Source of the DNA: Ophelia neglecta
Taxonomy: Eukaryota
Assembly (NCBI GenBank): GCA_965285935.1
Contig: OZ260661.1
Coordinates: forward strand, 128,402,001-128,466,000
DNA length: 64,000 nt
Direction of reading: 5' to 3'
Positions 40,806 through 54,699 of the stretch are shown piece after piece (positions within the stretch are counted from its first letter, which is position 1; every line of letters starts with the position of its first letter). Both the position numbers and the translations under genes were made by a program. The notes beneath the pieces were generated by a model. The model worked only from the letters and a program-made list of their open reading frames with translations. It was not told the DNA's origin and searched no databases.

Positions 40806-43800
40806 TGTTTGTATTGTAATCATCTTCCTAAATGTGACCATCGAAGACATTCACGTTGATACAAATATGGCGCTCTCACCTTGTCACGTAATCCCTTACC
40901 GAAATGCAGCTCTGTTGTGAAAACTGTAAGTAAATGGATTTATGTGGCATCTATGTTCATGTCCAATGTATGCGCTGTGCAACTAACATGACCGGCTACG
41001 GGCTACATATATATTTTTGAAAACTTCTCATTCAAAAGTAAATGCATAAGTGGACACTATGCGATACGTACAATGTACTATGTATCTTCATATAATTCCC
41101 AACTAATTAATTTGCTTTCTTCGTAGAGCACACACCGCCTTTTTTCGTGCCTTTGTCAATGTATTTATCTGAGGAGTCCGGTTTCAATTAAAGTGAGAAT
41201 ATATTCGGACCTCCTCAAGACAATGTGGGTGTCTTGTTGCACAAACTGACTCTCAAATACTCAAGGGTGACATGTATATTTTTCATCTCTGCTATTAATG
41301 CAATTTTGTTGTCTCGATATCCGTATAAGCGTGCATTTTATATATGTGTTCCAATTCTGCTTCGCCGAGTTGCCAATACAAGCGGAGAACACGTTTATAT
41401 GAAATATATATATATGCATGTTTTCCTAACCAACCTGAACTAATAGCCTTTAAGGCTCAAGCTTATGTGTATTATAGACACATCTCCTTATGTATTGTCT
41501 AGATGGCAGCATTCAGATAAGCAATAACAATAAACAAGCCGCCTACATCTTGCACACCTGTCATGTATGAACATATACACGTTCATTTCAGACACTCGAT
41601 GCAAGCATAATTCACTCGTTCTTAAAAGAGACATCGCCTTTCTTCTGCGCCTACGAAAACATATCGGCCAATATTGCATTATTTTTTCCCCGCGGATTTA
41701 TCATAATAAGAAGAATGACGATAACGGTGGTAAGTATACTACCCTCATCTGTACAAATAAAATGACGTTATACTAGCTGGATGGTGTTAAAAATATAACC
41801 GCCGCGAGCACATGTTTTTAGCGGAAAACAGCTAAGGCAACAATATCATTTGAATACACGAACAATCAGTATGCTGTCATTGAATAACCTGCCAACAGAG
41901 TATAAGTAACCACATCAGCGCAGCCATTATTTCGGTGCCGTTTAGCGATTTAGTATTCTCTGCAAAAGGCCTCCGATTTATAATCAGCCACTATTTTTAA
42001 GCTTATGTTCTATCATTTGATATACATAGACCGTCCCGTTATTCTACTGGTATATTTAGTTGTATTTTCGCTACCAATCTCATCTCAATATCACTATCGG
42101 GAAACAGGCATCTCTGTCAATCTACGCTTTATTAGGGAATCTACAGTACAAAATAAATTTTTAATCGCTGTCGTATGCAATGAGAAGTAAACAACAGTTT
42201 TCAAAGTTGTAAGTCGGTCACAAACCAGTCAATAGCCAGCTACTTCTTTACTTTAAATGTTTCTTCTTAAGGTTTTAGCTCAATATATGTTCCAGTCAAA
42301 TAGTTATAAACTCTCGGCGGAGATCGAAGTTACGCTTTTTGGACATGACAGTTCTTTACATTGGCTGAGAAAGTAGACAGACATATGCAATAATGATATG
42401 TTTTATTTATGCAATTGGGCAATTGCGCAGAATAACATCCTCATAACAATTTCAAATATTAGCATTCAAGAAAGCGCGAATACAGTATAATGTCTAGGTA
42501 TATATCCATGCCATCCTACGCTGCCTGTGTAAGTTGTCAGTATGAAATAAACCCACCCTTTCTTAAACTTACTATGCTAGTTACCCTTTTCCTTAATAGT
42601 CGAGTGCAGTCCATATTTCTTTGTTGGTGCTTTCAAGGCCTATGACCCACTATACCTTTCTTCAGCTGTATGTATATGAAACGTGTGCTAAGCGGATTGT
42701 CCTCCTATATATACAATCTAATTAGGTCTAACATTGATGCCAACTAATCTCAAATGCACATAGCTTACTAAGGACATAACTAAATGCTGATTTCGTCATA
42801 CATTGCAGACATTAGGCAAGTTGGTCTCGTTACCATATTTTCCGATTGAAGGATGTTACAGCAGGCACAGAACTGGATTGAATATTTATGACAGTTTTTA
42901 TACTTGTTTGGTTAACAAAAAGAATTCCTCCGATTATTATTCCACTTGTGTTGCTACATTGATCCAAGCGCCATTTCGCTGGGGAGATTATTTGCCGAAA
43001 GAGTCTTAGCACACACGGCCATTAACTTAACCTGATTTTTGTAGTCAATATAAAAGCGAGGCAGACCAGTTATGGCGCCGAGGCTGATTTCATTGCCAAA
43101 GTTTGTTTTGCTGCCCAGTTTGTTTGCCTTAAAATAGAAAATTATAGGCTGCTGCCAATGACAATTCTTTCTTTAGGCAACAGAAAATAAAAATGGGATT
43201 TTCTGTCTGGACGGCAATGGTTCTAGAATGTTCCATACAGATAATCTAAAGCTTCTAATTATGAAATATAATGTATGCTCCTTTACCTAGAACAGTCCTG
43301 GCGAGCAAGTTCTCGTATGGTGAACGTATGCCTTGTTTATTCCTTCCCGAGGCTCGGCTAGACAAAATAGTCAATGGCAGCAGTGATGCACTTCATACAT
43401 AAGAGTAACTAATGTTATAATTAACTAGTAACAACAGTGCTCCTTAGTCATACAATACCTCTATCCTGGATACTATTATTGTAGTATCAAGTGCAAAAAT
43501 GCACAATTAAACCCTAATAGGACGCTCATTTGACAATAGCACTAGGCGCGCAGAATTGCCAATGATATCGTTCTTGTGAAATTGTAGTTGACATAGCTTT
43601 TATGTTATATGCCATTTGCTGAAGGCGTCCAATTTGATTTCCGGCGTGGGGTAGGGGTCATTCCGCAGTGTATCACATAAGACTTTTTAAAAATGAAAAT
43701 CCCGCACACCTGGCCTCATATTTCTTCAGATACCAGTTAATATCTGTGCAAGGGTAATCTGTCTTTTACCTTCCTAAAACTCAATTTGTGGTGCAAACGC

Positions 43801-46014
43801 AGAACGTTTCTTTCAGTGTCGCAGTTCTGAAATCATTTAAAACCCTTAAAATCTATTTAATCTACCTATGAATGGCTTGGCTTAATGATGTTGCATATTT
43901 CATCACATGCGTTCGTGATCCAAATACTGAATTCGGTAAGCAATTCAAAAAGTGCTTTGAGCATGCAAAACATACATTTGGAATTACTCCGGTCCCACGA
44001 TATTCGTAGCAGTGGAGGATAACGCACTACTGTATAAATTTGTCAAGGGACAGTTTTTATCCGATGCCGGTTATATGTACGTGTATGCTTCCATCTTGAC
44101 ATATGTGTGTCTTCTCTAGCATATATGCCCCCAAAAAACTCCTTTAAATACATTTGTGCTTTTTTTAAATACAATGTTCGCCAATAAAAGATTCTACTCT
44201 ATTTTACGAACTTTGCTTATTAACGCAGGATTGATTTTGTATCTACACTACACAACAGAAAGAAATGTATGATGCCAACAATATCTAATTAGTAAAACCA
44301 ATATGCTTGTACTGATATTAATTACATGTAAGGGATGTTAACAAGCAAATTCTGTCATATTTTGTACTGCATCCTAGGTCATTCATTCCGAAACCGATGT
44401 CCAAAATCACCCAGCTCAAACGTATGAGGATACAATGCCGTCCTGCCAGTTTACAGAGACGCATGCTCTATGCATAACTAACCTTCCTTAAACCACCCTA
44501 CGCTTCCTTTAGGTGCCAACACAGACCAGGCCTCACAGCATCACAGGTTCGAAAAGTGAAACATCGGGTTAATGATTGCTACACGCTTGTCGTCCATTTA
44601 CTCAATTACGCTGTTTTACAGCCGAAAAATAAATGAGGGCTGCGTGTATTGTAGGCTGTGTGCTAAACACTACCGATATCCAAGTAAATCTTTCGCGTAG
44701 AAAGGCTCATGCAATGGTTATTAGTAATGAAGACCATACGAGTTAACGATTTAACATTCTTCTTAGGAGTGTTGAGGATAGGTTTCAATATCTTAAAGCG
44801 TTTTTGATAGGATGAATGAGACTTTTCGTCATGTTTGAAAAAAGGCTTCTGCATGCTTATTATCTGATGCCATACAGTCATTGAGTATAATAGGGTTAAA
44901 ATGCTCGTATTAGACGAGGGAAGTGCTGAGGTCCTAGCATAAGGTTGTACTTTCAGTGCTACGCATACATCTGCCTAAGACATTCTTTAATAAACACACC
45001 TAATTGCCTTAAATTCATGTAAACTCTTCAGTTATCTGCTAAGAGATTGAAAACGGAATTGAAATAACCTATTACAATGTCACATTAAGGGAACCAGAGT
45101 AACGTCTTCTTTCTTTACGTGAAAGGCTATTGGACGAAATAGCAAACTGGGTAGGTACCTCAGTCTAACCGGAAGCTTGATCAATGTGGTTAGACTAATT
45201 GAGGTCCTGTTGTATTATACAGATCATGTTGGTTTCATGTACTCTGATTTGCTATGCTAATAGCCTAGCTAAGGCATGGAATTAGCCGAGCCATTTGCAC
45301 TTATAATTATGTCAATTATGTCGTATGGCCTCAGGCAACTATCCTTCATTAGAGGCAACAACAGTTTCTCATTCAGTCATATTTACTTATGCTGGTTTGC
45401 CTGGCATCACGTTGTATCCTGTAGAATCACTCTTGTGTCATTGTTTATCACATCCTTTTTACGGCTGATGTTCTTCATTGTTGAGTGTCATTTTGTAACT
45501 GTTTTGCACCAAAATTTTGTTTCCTGTTCATATCCAACGTACATTGTGTCAGTTAACTAACATTTTCCGTTTTTGTAAACCTAGACCCTTATAAACATAC
45601 CTAGTCATTTTTTATATTTGTTAATTTCAATGTACACTATTGTTGATATCAAAAAGTATTGTTGTATTGAATATGAAATTTTGGAAAATGCTAGTTTTGA
45701 TCTGTTGAGATCATAACCCTGGGTCAGTACTTAAGACAGGGGGGCTCTAGATCTAGCCCTTAAAGAGGCTACAAATCTCGTAAATCACACCCATTTGCTG
45801 GGGAAATCGGAATATTTCAATCGTGGAAAGGAAGTTTTACCATTGGGAAATGTAATCTTTGATGTGATAAATTCGTTAATTTTGCATGAAAAATATACTC
45901 AAAAACGAACAAATATTGGGCTATCCAATTTAGTGTTTTCTGTTATGAAAAGAGTTTCTCATGTTACCAAATATTCATTTGTGATACATGTTTTTAACCG
46001 GAAACCACTAATGA

Positions 46015-46568
46015 CGATACATAAACTAATAAATGGAATCCTCCCAATTGTCATATCTAGTTTGTATAAATTTAATTATAACATTCATGGTCATAGTACT
46101 AGAGGATCCAATAGACTACACCTTCCAATGGTTAAAACTAATGTAATGAAACGCAGTATTATATACCAAAGTGTCATATCTTATAACAATTATAGGTCAG
46201 TCATCAACTACAACTGTTCTTTGCATTCATTTAAATCATTTGTTAAAACAGTGCTCTAGCATTCCACATCAATAGTATGTACCAATATATCCCTAAAACA
46301 TTACCAGCACTCCTTTTGAATATTTTATATGAAGAATACTGTACTCTTTCTATTTATTTTGTATTAGCAAAATCATGTGTCTGTTGTATATATTTGCACA
46401 GGGTTCTGATGTACGCCATGACCAAACGTATACTAATTATGTTCTCTTTATGAGGCCCATATAAGCTCCTAGCTTCCGTGGTCGCTTATAGTGATTTATA
46501 TATCATTGTGTAAATATTATATAGTAACAATAAAAAGGATTGTCAAAAAAAAAAATAATAATAATAAA
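46015..46568 (+). mobile_element. 5'-truncated Crack/Daphne/L2-group LINE (ORF2 C-terminus, 3' UTR, A-rich tail)
   Basis: Uninterrupted HKLINGILP...FNYNIHGHSTRGSNRLHLPMVKTNVMKRSIIYQSVISYNN...SLHSFKSFVKTVL* ending at 46259. The 3' UTR has a hairpin aagct-cct-agctt (46463-46475), then aataaa, poly(A) and (AAT)n. Confidence 0.88.
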
Positions 46569-47589
46569 CGGCACAAAGAAATTAATGTTAATTTTTGTAT
46601 CTAGTCCTGCCTAAATGACATTATTATAACCGTTTACGTGTTTATCTAGCTCAGCCGAACAATCGCATCGTTTAGCCGGAAAAGAACAACGCATCAGAAG
46701 AAACCGATGCCTTACTTTACTACTTGTTCCGCTACTACTGTTGTAGGAAAAATTAGGATGTTCACGAGTAAATGACCAAACCGTCTAATCACAATAGATT
46801 AATATTCCTATACTCCACTAACTTAGCATAAAACTTGTTAGTCAAAATCTAAGACACCTTCGTTTCAAATATCAACACAAAATCAAGGATATTAAGTTTA
46901 ACTTACCACAAATTTCTAAGTGTGTTCTATGTATGTAGCCTTAACATGCTGAAGTTATCCGAAAGGTCATTAGCAGTCATTGTGACTTGTTCTCTATAGC
47001 TTGATTTCTGATTTCCCACAGTGACACGTAGGTATACACCCCAGCCACAAATGAATCTATATATCCACATGTAAAGGTCTCCAGTAGGCGTATAACACAA
47101 TTTCCCACCGCTGAGTTAAACCTTGCTGGAGAAAACTAATCGCCAAACAACTATACAGTTATTTTCCAATGCCAGTTATCTGATAATGTATATCATACTT
47201 CTTCAGAAATGGTTAGCCCAATGATCAAGCCACATTCAGTAAGAATATATGTTGTTTTCTGTGACGGTCAAAGATGGTAACACCTGTCATTTGTTTGCGC
47301 CGCACAATTGTTATCAGCACAGAGCACAGTCATGCTGCATACATCCTTCCTACATCAAGGGAAGTATCAATCCGCAAATTGGCTCAGTGAACATGGGCGA
47401 CTGTAGGACAATAAACTGGCAAGGTGAACAAACAAAATAGAACCTTTGTTGAGATTCCAACAACAGGTAACGTTCCTTTGAATTGATTAATATGCAAACA
47501 AAATATTAAACAAGCGGAGACCTCAGCACGTTGACTTGCCTATCAACAAGTGCAAAATGATTCTCAGAGATGGAAAAGTGAGAAGCGAA

Positions 47590-47700
47590 TGGGTCTTCAC
47601 TGCCACGCTTTAGCAAACGACGCCCGCAACTTATCTTCTTATATATGGGCGCCCAGTGGATCAGGTTACGAGCACGGTCCGTTAGCGAGTCAAGATGATT
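47590..47700 (-). mobile_element. LINE RT thumb-region relic
   Basis: NLIHWAPIYKKISCGRRLLKR resembles NL.W..HI..I.KKIS.GIG.LKR. Confidence 0.35.
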
Positions 47701-48720
47701 GTGTTCCAAGTTAAGCCTGTCTTCGTTTATGGTGTTAGTAAGGTTCTAAAAATTAACTTATGGAGCAAAATATATTTTTCCTCCAGGTGTCTTAAATTTC
47801 GAGGTATTGTTTCTTTCAGGCAGCAAAAGTCGAAAAACACATAGTTATATCAAAACTGATATGGGTGGCACGTAACAATTTTCTAGGTTGTCAGACATCA
47901 CTGACGAGCAGTTTTTCAGCATGCAAATAAACGCCGCGTTATAGTGGCTGGGACCGATAAGTTCATCGCCAATTTAACAAGTCAGTTCTTTCAGTAAATA
48001 TAAGCCCTGCTAGGCGTGAGAGAGCACATTAGGCCTTGTGTTTCCCCTTGCTGGCTGCATGTTGCATCTGGAAACATCTATTTTTCACACAAGGGAATGA
48101 AATAATATCCCAGGACTGGGTGCCTTCTCCTATATAAAACAAGTAGTGGATAGCAGGCAGATCAAGGAGTATCATTGATTACGAAAAAGTGGGAATAATT
48201 CGATCCGAAATCATCAAAACCACCAGCCACAGGCCTTCATACATCAATCTCAGTCTCCTAAATAGTAAATAAACGCATAATGAAAAAGTAAAATTGAATT
48301 TGATATCTCTTGCAGTGGGAAGATTTGTACGGTTATCCAGTACTCATCGTTAACTATATACCATTTCCTATATTATCATATATGATATATATATGATACA
48401 ATCAAATTGTTACTGGTTGTCAACATTTTAAGCTTTCCTATTTTAATTGGTTGCCTCCGACCATATAGTGACTGTTTATTCAGTCGCGATAGTTTTTTTT
48501 TGTTCCTCTTGCTCTTACAACTGTTGACTACTTCTTATTGCAAGTGATATAAATTCGTTTTATATCATAACACGTTTTAGCCGTTTGTAAACTTAGGATA
48601 CATGCTATAGATCTGCAGCTGGTGGTTTCGACTGCTTTTGCATCGATTAATTCGAGTGGAAAAGTCGTTATCAGTAAATTTGCTTCATTTTCGCCGGGTA
48701 TCCACTCCACTTAGTTAGTT

Positions 48721-48960
48721 AATGATTAACTGATACACCGATACACTGTATTTCGCGGAGCCTTGCGGAGGTGAATCTAGAAATTAGAACAGAGCACTAG
48801 ACCTATCAAACCTGTCCCTAACCCTTCCCCTAACCCTAAAATTAACCCTCCGTCCTAACCCTTTCCTTGCTGACGATTATTTGCTTCATGCCACTCAGAA
48901 ATACTCATAACCTCCGCCTCCGCATAGCCTCCGCACCTCCGCGTTTAATCAATAGCCCTG
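48721..48960. mobile_element. MITE-like element with GCGGAGG-repeat inverted arms and internal (CCCTAA)-like repeats
   Basis: Left gcggagccttgcggaggtg is inverted to the right cctccgcatagcctccgcacctccgc. The centre reads ccctaacccttcccctaaccctaaaattaaccctccgtcctaaccc (48816-48862). Confidence 0.65.
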
Positions 48961-49759
48961 TATTTCTTATATAAACGTACAGGAGAGAGCAACACAATTT
49001 GGAAATTTTCTGTATAATGCAAAGGTAGGTAAAGAATACGGTCATGCACGAACTTTTAATGATTCTTCCTCCGTTACAGACACAAATAAACTTAAACTTA
49101 TAAAAATAATTTCTATTTGGCTTCGAACTGTTTTCAGATGCCTACTGAAGTTACTTGTGGAGCCCAGTATACGTGCATTTTCTGGTAAAAAGCGTTTTTC
49201 TTTCTTTCTTTGTTCTATTTTCGCGTGACTTAGACATTACCCTTATAGCCTGATAATTTAACTTTACATTTTCTTCGAAATACGTGAATCATTATTAACT
49301 GTGTCACAGAAACATATCAGCCAGCAGAATCATCAATTAGCTATTAGGCTTGATCAACTCAAATTTGGATGTCCATTTGCACAGCAACATGTGCCGGCTT
49401 GCCATGTCCACTAACCAGCAGTGTAGATGTATATCCTTTTATATTACAAGGCTGTATTCCCACGGCTAAAGCTTTTTATTTCTTTGAACTGCACTCCGAC
49501 CTGTTTTTATGGTATTTGCTGACAGGCTTAGAAGCGCTACAGTCGTGCGCTAAACAAAACTTGGAATATTGCATGACCAGGTTGTGTATCTCATACTTAG
49601 ATTCATTATGCAGAGACAACAGCACACATATGCTCGAGTAAACAGAAATAAATAATTCGACGTCCCCATTCATTTGGAAATAGATGAAGTAAAATATAAG
49701 ATAAAGAAGTGCAAGAATAGAAGCATGTATTGAAAACAATAGACTGTTTCAATAGGAGG

Positions 49760-49786
49760 TTTTTTTTTGGGGGGGGGGGGGGGGGG
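49760..49786. repeat. poly(T)-poly(G) homopolymer run
   Basis: A T run followed by about 18 G seen directly; a shorter similar run lies at about 50479-50499. Confidence 0.9.
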
Positions 49787-51089
49787 TAGCCATTATTTAC
49801 TGATAAATCTTTACTCAATTATCAGTTGAGATAAGTTCGGCGACGATCTTTATGTACGAGAAGATGAAAGACCATGGCCAATGATGATACAACTTTATTG
49901 GTTTGAAATTAAAATTAAAGCTCACAGACCATAGATGATGTGGCAAGATATAGATCAGGCACTGAATAATAAACAATTTGAATAACATCCTTGGCTGACA
50001 GAAGGAAGTGACCATACATGGAAATAAAGTTCGATCCATTGAACACCACATATGAGAACATAAATTCTGTGTGTTAATACATTGGCTCGTTGAAGCATAG
50101 GCGCCGATGGTATATTTCATCCTTATGAGTATTTGTGAGGTGGTCGCATGTTTACAGATTAGGCAAGAATTTCGTTTGGAAAATAACCGGAAGCGACTGG
50201 CTTCCTAATGGCCAATTATATTTATTTTGAGATATTCAAAGAACTTAATTGTATACATAACACTACTGGGATCATATCCTTTCTACTCATTTTGCCAAAG
50301 TATGCATCGATTTTCGCTGTGTGCTACTAAGGGATATGTTTCCCAAAAGATGATCAGACATTGCGTTTTTGAAATACAGAGCCTTGTTCCGCATGCTATG
50401 TCAATATGAAAAGTCGCAAAATATCATGTCGCAAATATACGATTTGATAAATGATCTGAAGCACAAGATATAATGCACTTTTTTGGGAGGGGGGGGGGGT
50501 CCAAAATATCATACCGTTAAAATTATTAACTTTCTGAACGCTCTGAGTCAAATATACTTAAGATTAGTGATTGATCATAATAGATCATAATGTTTACTCT
50601 GACAAAGTTAAGAAACTTTAATTGGTTACAAATGAGTTGTTGTAAAAATGTGTAAGAGGTTACAAGGTCATGAAGGCGTTTCAAGAAAAGGTGAAACCTT
50701 CAGGGGTGTCTTCAGTTGCCATTGCGTGTACTTTTATGCGTTTCTTTGTCTTTACTTATAGGTTGTGTCGAATCGTTTTAAACGCATAAATAATATAGAT
50801 CAACAAGTTTTGAACAAAGAAGTCTACCCAAGGAAGGTTAAAAGAACATCACAAATAGTTACAAAAATTACCAAGTTGATTCATATCCGGATATATAGAT
50901 TTTACAGACACCAAACTAGAGGTGCAGGTTTCCTTACATCTTATCTATGAAGATATTGCGGAAGATAATTTACATCACATTTTACTCGACAATCCAGCTG
51001 TTTAGAAAATAGGATCTTTGAGTTGACCGACTTTGTGGCCATCCGAGTATTTCTCGTGAACAGAATGATTCAGCGCTCACGGACCGACT

Positions 51090-51230
51090 GAGGTAACAAT
51101 TATAGAATCGCCCAAGGTATATATGACGGTCCACAATATGTAAATCGCTAATGTCGAAATCATATTGAAGGATCAGTTCAAAAAGAGCCAGTGTGTTGAG
51201 GTGAATTAACCTTGAAAAATGGTCTGGTGC
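51090..51230 (-). mobile_element. Possible CR1-group RT C-terminal relic
   Basis: LHIVDRHIYLG resembles L..V..H.YLG; support is a single motif. Confidence 0.25.
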
Positions 51231-52859
51231 CTTTAACGATCGCAAAATGCATTTGGTAGAAATGTGATGGCAATTAGTTCGGCGCACTAAATGGTCTTTC
51301 TCGTTTCGCTACTGACTACAATCTAGTTAGGATAATAGAATTGTGTCCTTTTAAGAGAAGTAATAGCCCGTAGGGAAATGGTGCTTAAAGCAAGTGGGAA
51401 GACTAATGGAATTTTTATTTCAGCAAACATTATTAACTCATGAAAAAGAAGAAGCATACAAATACCAAGCCCATTCAACAACTCCTGTTAAAAGGAAAGT
51501 ACAATCAAATAGATGTTAGCCTTGGAACCCATCAATATATAGCTTAAAGCAGATTACTTGGTAATTCAACCCCATATCCCAGTCTTGCCAACCTATTAGT
51601 TTGCACTCAAGGACAAAGAGTTAACTACTTTAACATTATTTTTTCAACTAACAAAGAAAGACGTACTGGCACGTGCAAGCTTAAAAATCAGAACCGCGTC
51701 TTACAATAATGAAATGGCATAAATTGAATTAAAGACAACGCCTCATTTTTTATTCGATTAAGTAACGGAGGCTTTTTGTTTTGCATTCAATTTGGTCCCT
51801 CGCTTCATCAGTTTTGTCGCTGATCACGAAAAAGTTGAGCTTCATCTATCGTGGAATGCTTATATTATTTTAAATATCCGCTCAACAACTGAGCTTTCCC
51901 ATACTTATCTGATCGATAGTACAGTTAATATATATGATACAATATGCCAGTAACGAGTATCAATGACAGTTCAGCGTGAATTTAGCACATTCGACGTTGT
52001 TTGATTTTGAGTGGTATGGATACCAGGCAGAAAAAGCCAAATAATTTATCAAGACAAGTCTATTCACTCGGCCCGAAAGTGCCACAGGCCCCCTATCATC
52101 AATACATTTTATCCCAGCTCCATAACAGCAAATAAATTTGTAATGCAAATATTAACAATCAAATAAAAATATAAACGTGACATCGATTGCAATGAGAAGT
52201 AGCCAATAGTATGCCATGATACGAGTCAGAACACAAAACAACGAGTCATTGGTCAATGTAAATACGCCCTGGGCATCAAGTTAACAAAGATACCATTTTA
52301 CTGATATTGTCCCGTAAGTCCATTTCCAGGTTATTGGTCAATTAAGACGCTCATATGTACCACTATGAATATATATTAGTTTTCGGCACTGAACCTTTTG
52401 GGCACAATATCATATTGCCAGAAAATACGTATGTTTGAACGGAGAAGGTCCAATGAGGAGGACAGATTTAGTCAAAAGATTGCCCTGCTTACTCTCGTTA
52501 AGGTATAAGTGGCTAGTGGAAATGTTTATTTCATGGTTCGCGGTTTGCACAGCCTGGACGCTGCCAGTAATAAGAATCTCTTTTCTCCTCCTTTTTGATG
52601 TTTGTGGGCCTGCGGTTGCTGCTTTTAATGGCTTTGAACCTTAAAAAGGACTATTGCTTATTAAAAATTGGGCATTGTCTACTGTGTAAGCCCTTTCGTT
52701 TCTTAAGGGTGAATTATTGGCAAAAATCACGCAAATTGTGAAAGTATTACCCAGACGCAAGTAGAAAGTCACTTATAGTTTTATGCCACAAATAGCCTGT
52801 TCTAAGGACTCATTACTTTTAATGTAAGTCTCATTTTGAAATACATGACGAAAAATGAT

Positions 52860-53260
52860 CAATTATTATTAGTAGCATTCTGTTATCTATACGCGCCTAT
52901 TCACATTATGTTACTACACTGATATTAAAAGAATGACCCTTTAATTTCGACCTAAAGGTTTCAAATTTAACTCGACCTCAGATCAATGGGTAGCGAATTC
53001 CACGTCTCTGGCCCAGCATCGGGAAAGCATTTCTCACTGTAGAGTTCGGTCACCATTCGTGTTAAACTGAGCACATTCGTGTCACAGGACCTAACTGACA
53101 GACAAGTGGCGCGAAGCTTGGACAGGTCACTACACCTCCGTTCCAAAATAACTTGCCTAGGGCTATTTATCATGAGAACACTCTCGAATGGATGTATTGA
53201 AAACACACTTACCACTAATACAATGAAATTCCTTGAACGACCGAAGATGCCAAATCTTTC
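52860..53260 (-). mobile_element. L2 LINE 3' portion
   Basis: RSCDTNVLSLTRMVTELYSEKCFPDAGPETWNSLPIDLRSS, then (frameshifted) FETFRSKLKGHSF, matching LRS....L..PR..T..YG.R.F..AGP..WNSLP..LR and FKS.LKTHLF. Short tail ending taataataa. Confidence 0.82.
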
Positions 53261-54699
53261 TATAATTAAGGATTAAGGGTGCTGCTTTTTCAATAAGCGA
53301 TGAATCTACGGTTCGTACTACTGTTAACTTGGACATATTCAAAAAATGTATGACGGTTAAAACCAGTTATGTTTTGTTTTAGTCTATTCTTTGAATATTT
53401 TCAATATATGCAATTTGTCCAATTATGTTTACTACCAACGCTTCATATATTACCTCAGTGATTAAGCATATTGTTATATTGGGATGTCAAGGGAGTTATA
53501 ATTAAGGTCGTGTTTATTTGTTGAAATGATATGAATACGTGCATTTTCTTGACGATTATGGACTAATCGTTGAATGGCGTCATCCCATAGTGAATAGGTA
53601 GAAAGTATAATTCCCTCTCAGATTATATTCATATGTTCCAGGATACTTGTCACATATATCGATTTTCGCTATATTACTGGAAATAAAACGCGTTTTCATA
53701 GGTTATATCAAAACTTTTCTGCTGCATAATACTTGTAATATGAAATGCAGTTTCTTAGTTTAAATGGTAATTTGGTATTTGCATATGCAACAAGGGATTT
53801 GATACTAATTTGGTACAGGCCAAAACATATTTGCTGGGTCGGGGGATTTTTTTCTTGGTGTGAAAATTTACTAAATTGCATTAAGGCTTTTATACCATTT
53901 CAAACCCATAAATATGTATATGGTACAGCTTGAACAACAACCACATGCACAAACTTAAAGGTTATCGTCAAATGTTGACAGTAAGGACGCCCTGCCACAT
54001 CGTTTGCCACATGTTAGATCTAATTATCAACATAATACTAAGTTCACACAAAAAAATAAACGATTCGTGTAGGTTGTTTCATTACAAATATCAAGCAATC
54101 AAAATATTATAAACGAATGCAATCGTTTCGCAAGTAAACATTAAATTATTAACTTGCTCATATAAGAGTTGTGTGACCTCATTCGTTCACAGCCACTGAG
54201 GCATTTGTGTATCATATTTAACATGCATCTGTGTGATTATATTTACCGTTGCATAAAGGTGACCACACATGTCAGTGGAAAGTCCACTGGATCGTCTAAA
54301 GATCAGTTTTTCTATAGATCTACAGCATGCAATAAGCTATCTGACACAATGCTTAGCCCGTTCTTCTCTGTGTTCACGAGGAATAGTTTATTCCATTGAG
54401 ACTGCTTAAGATAATGTGGCGCAAGACATTTTTCATTTGATTACTAACACACAATTGCACATCGCAAAGGGCAGACTGTTATGACTTGAGTTTAGCAATG
54501 TGTTTGGAAAAGCCGGCAAACACCATGCATTAAGTGAACACTATGCACACATATTAAACTATGCAAACACATAACGCTGCCTCTGACGTCATTGACATCC
54601 GATCCTGCAGACAACAACTCCATCTGGACGGTTTTAGTCGTGACATTATATCTCACAAAGTGGTTCTATTTCTTTCGACCACTAGTCGGAGAAAATAGC

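Noticed and set aside
45795-46259. 154-aa ORF as a cellular gene
   Set aside because: The C-terminal half is a LINE ORF2 end; the N-terminal half has a non-ATG start and no recognisable domain.
49980-50010. PWLTEG motif as a LINE linker
   Set aside because: A single short motif without flanking support.
51395-51420. miR-7-like ggaagacta
   Set aside because: Short partial match with several mismatches and no complementary arm.
52728-52743. cacgcaaattgtgaa, resembling the U6 snRNA 3' end
   Set aside because: About 15 nt with a deletion and no upstream U6 sequence (no ACAGAGA box).
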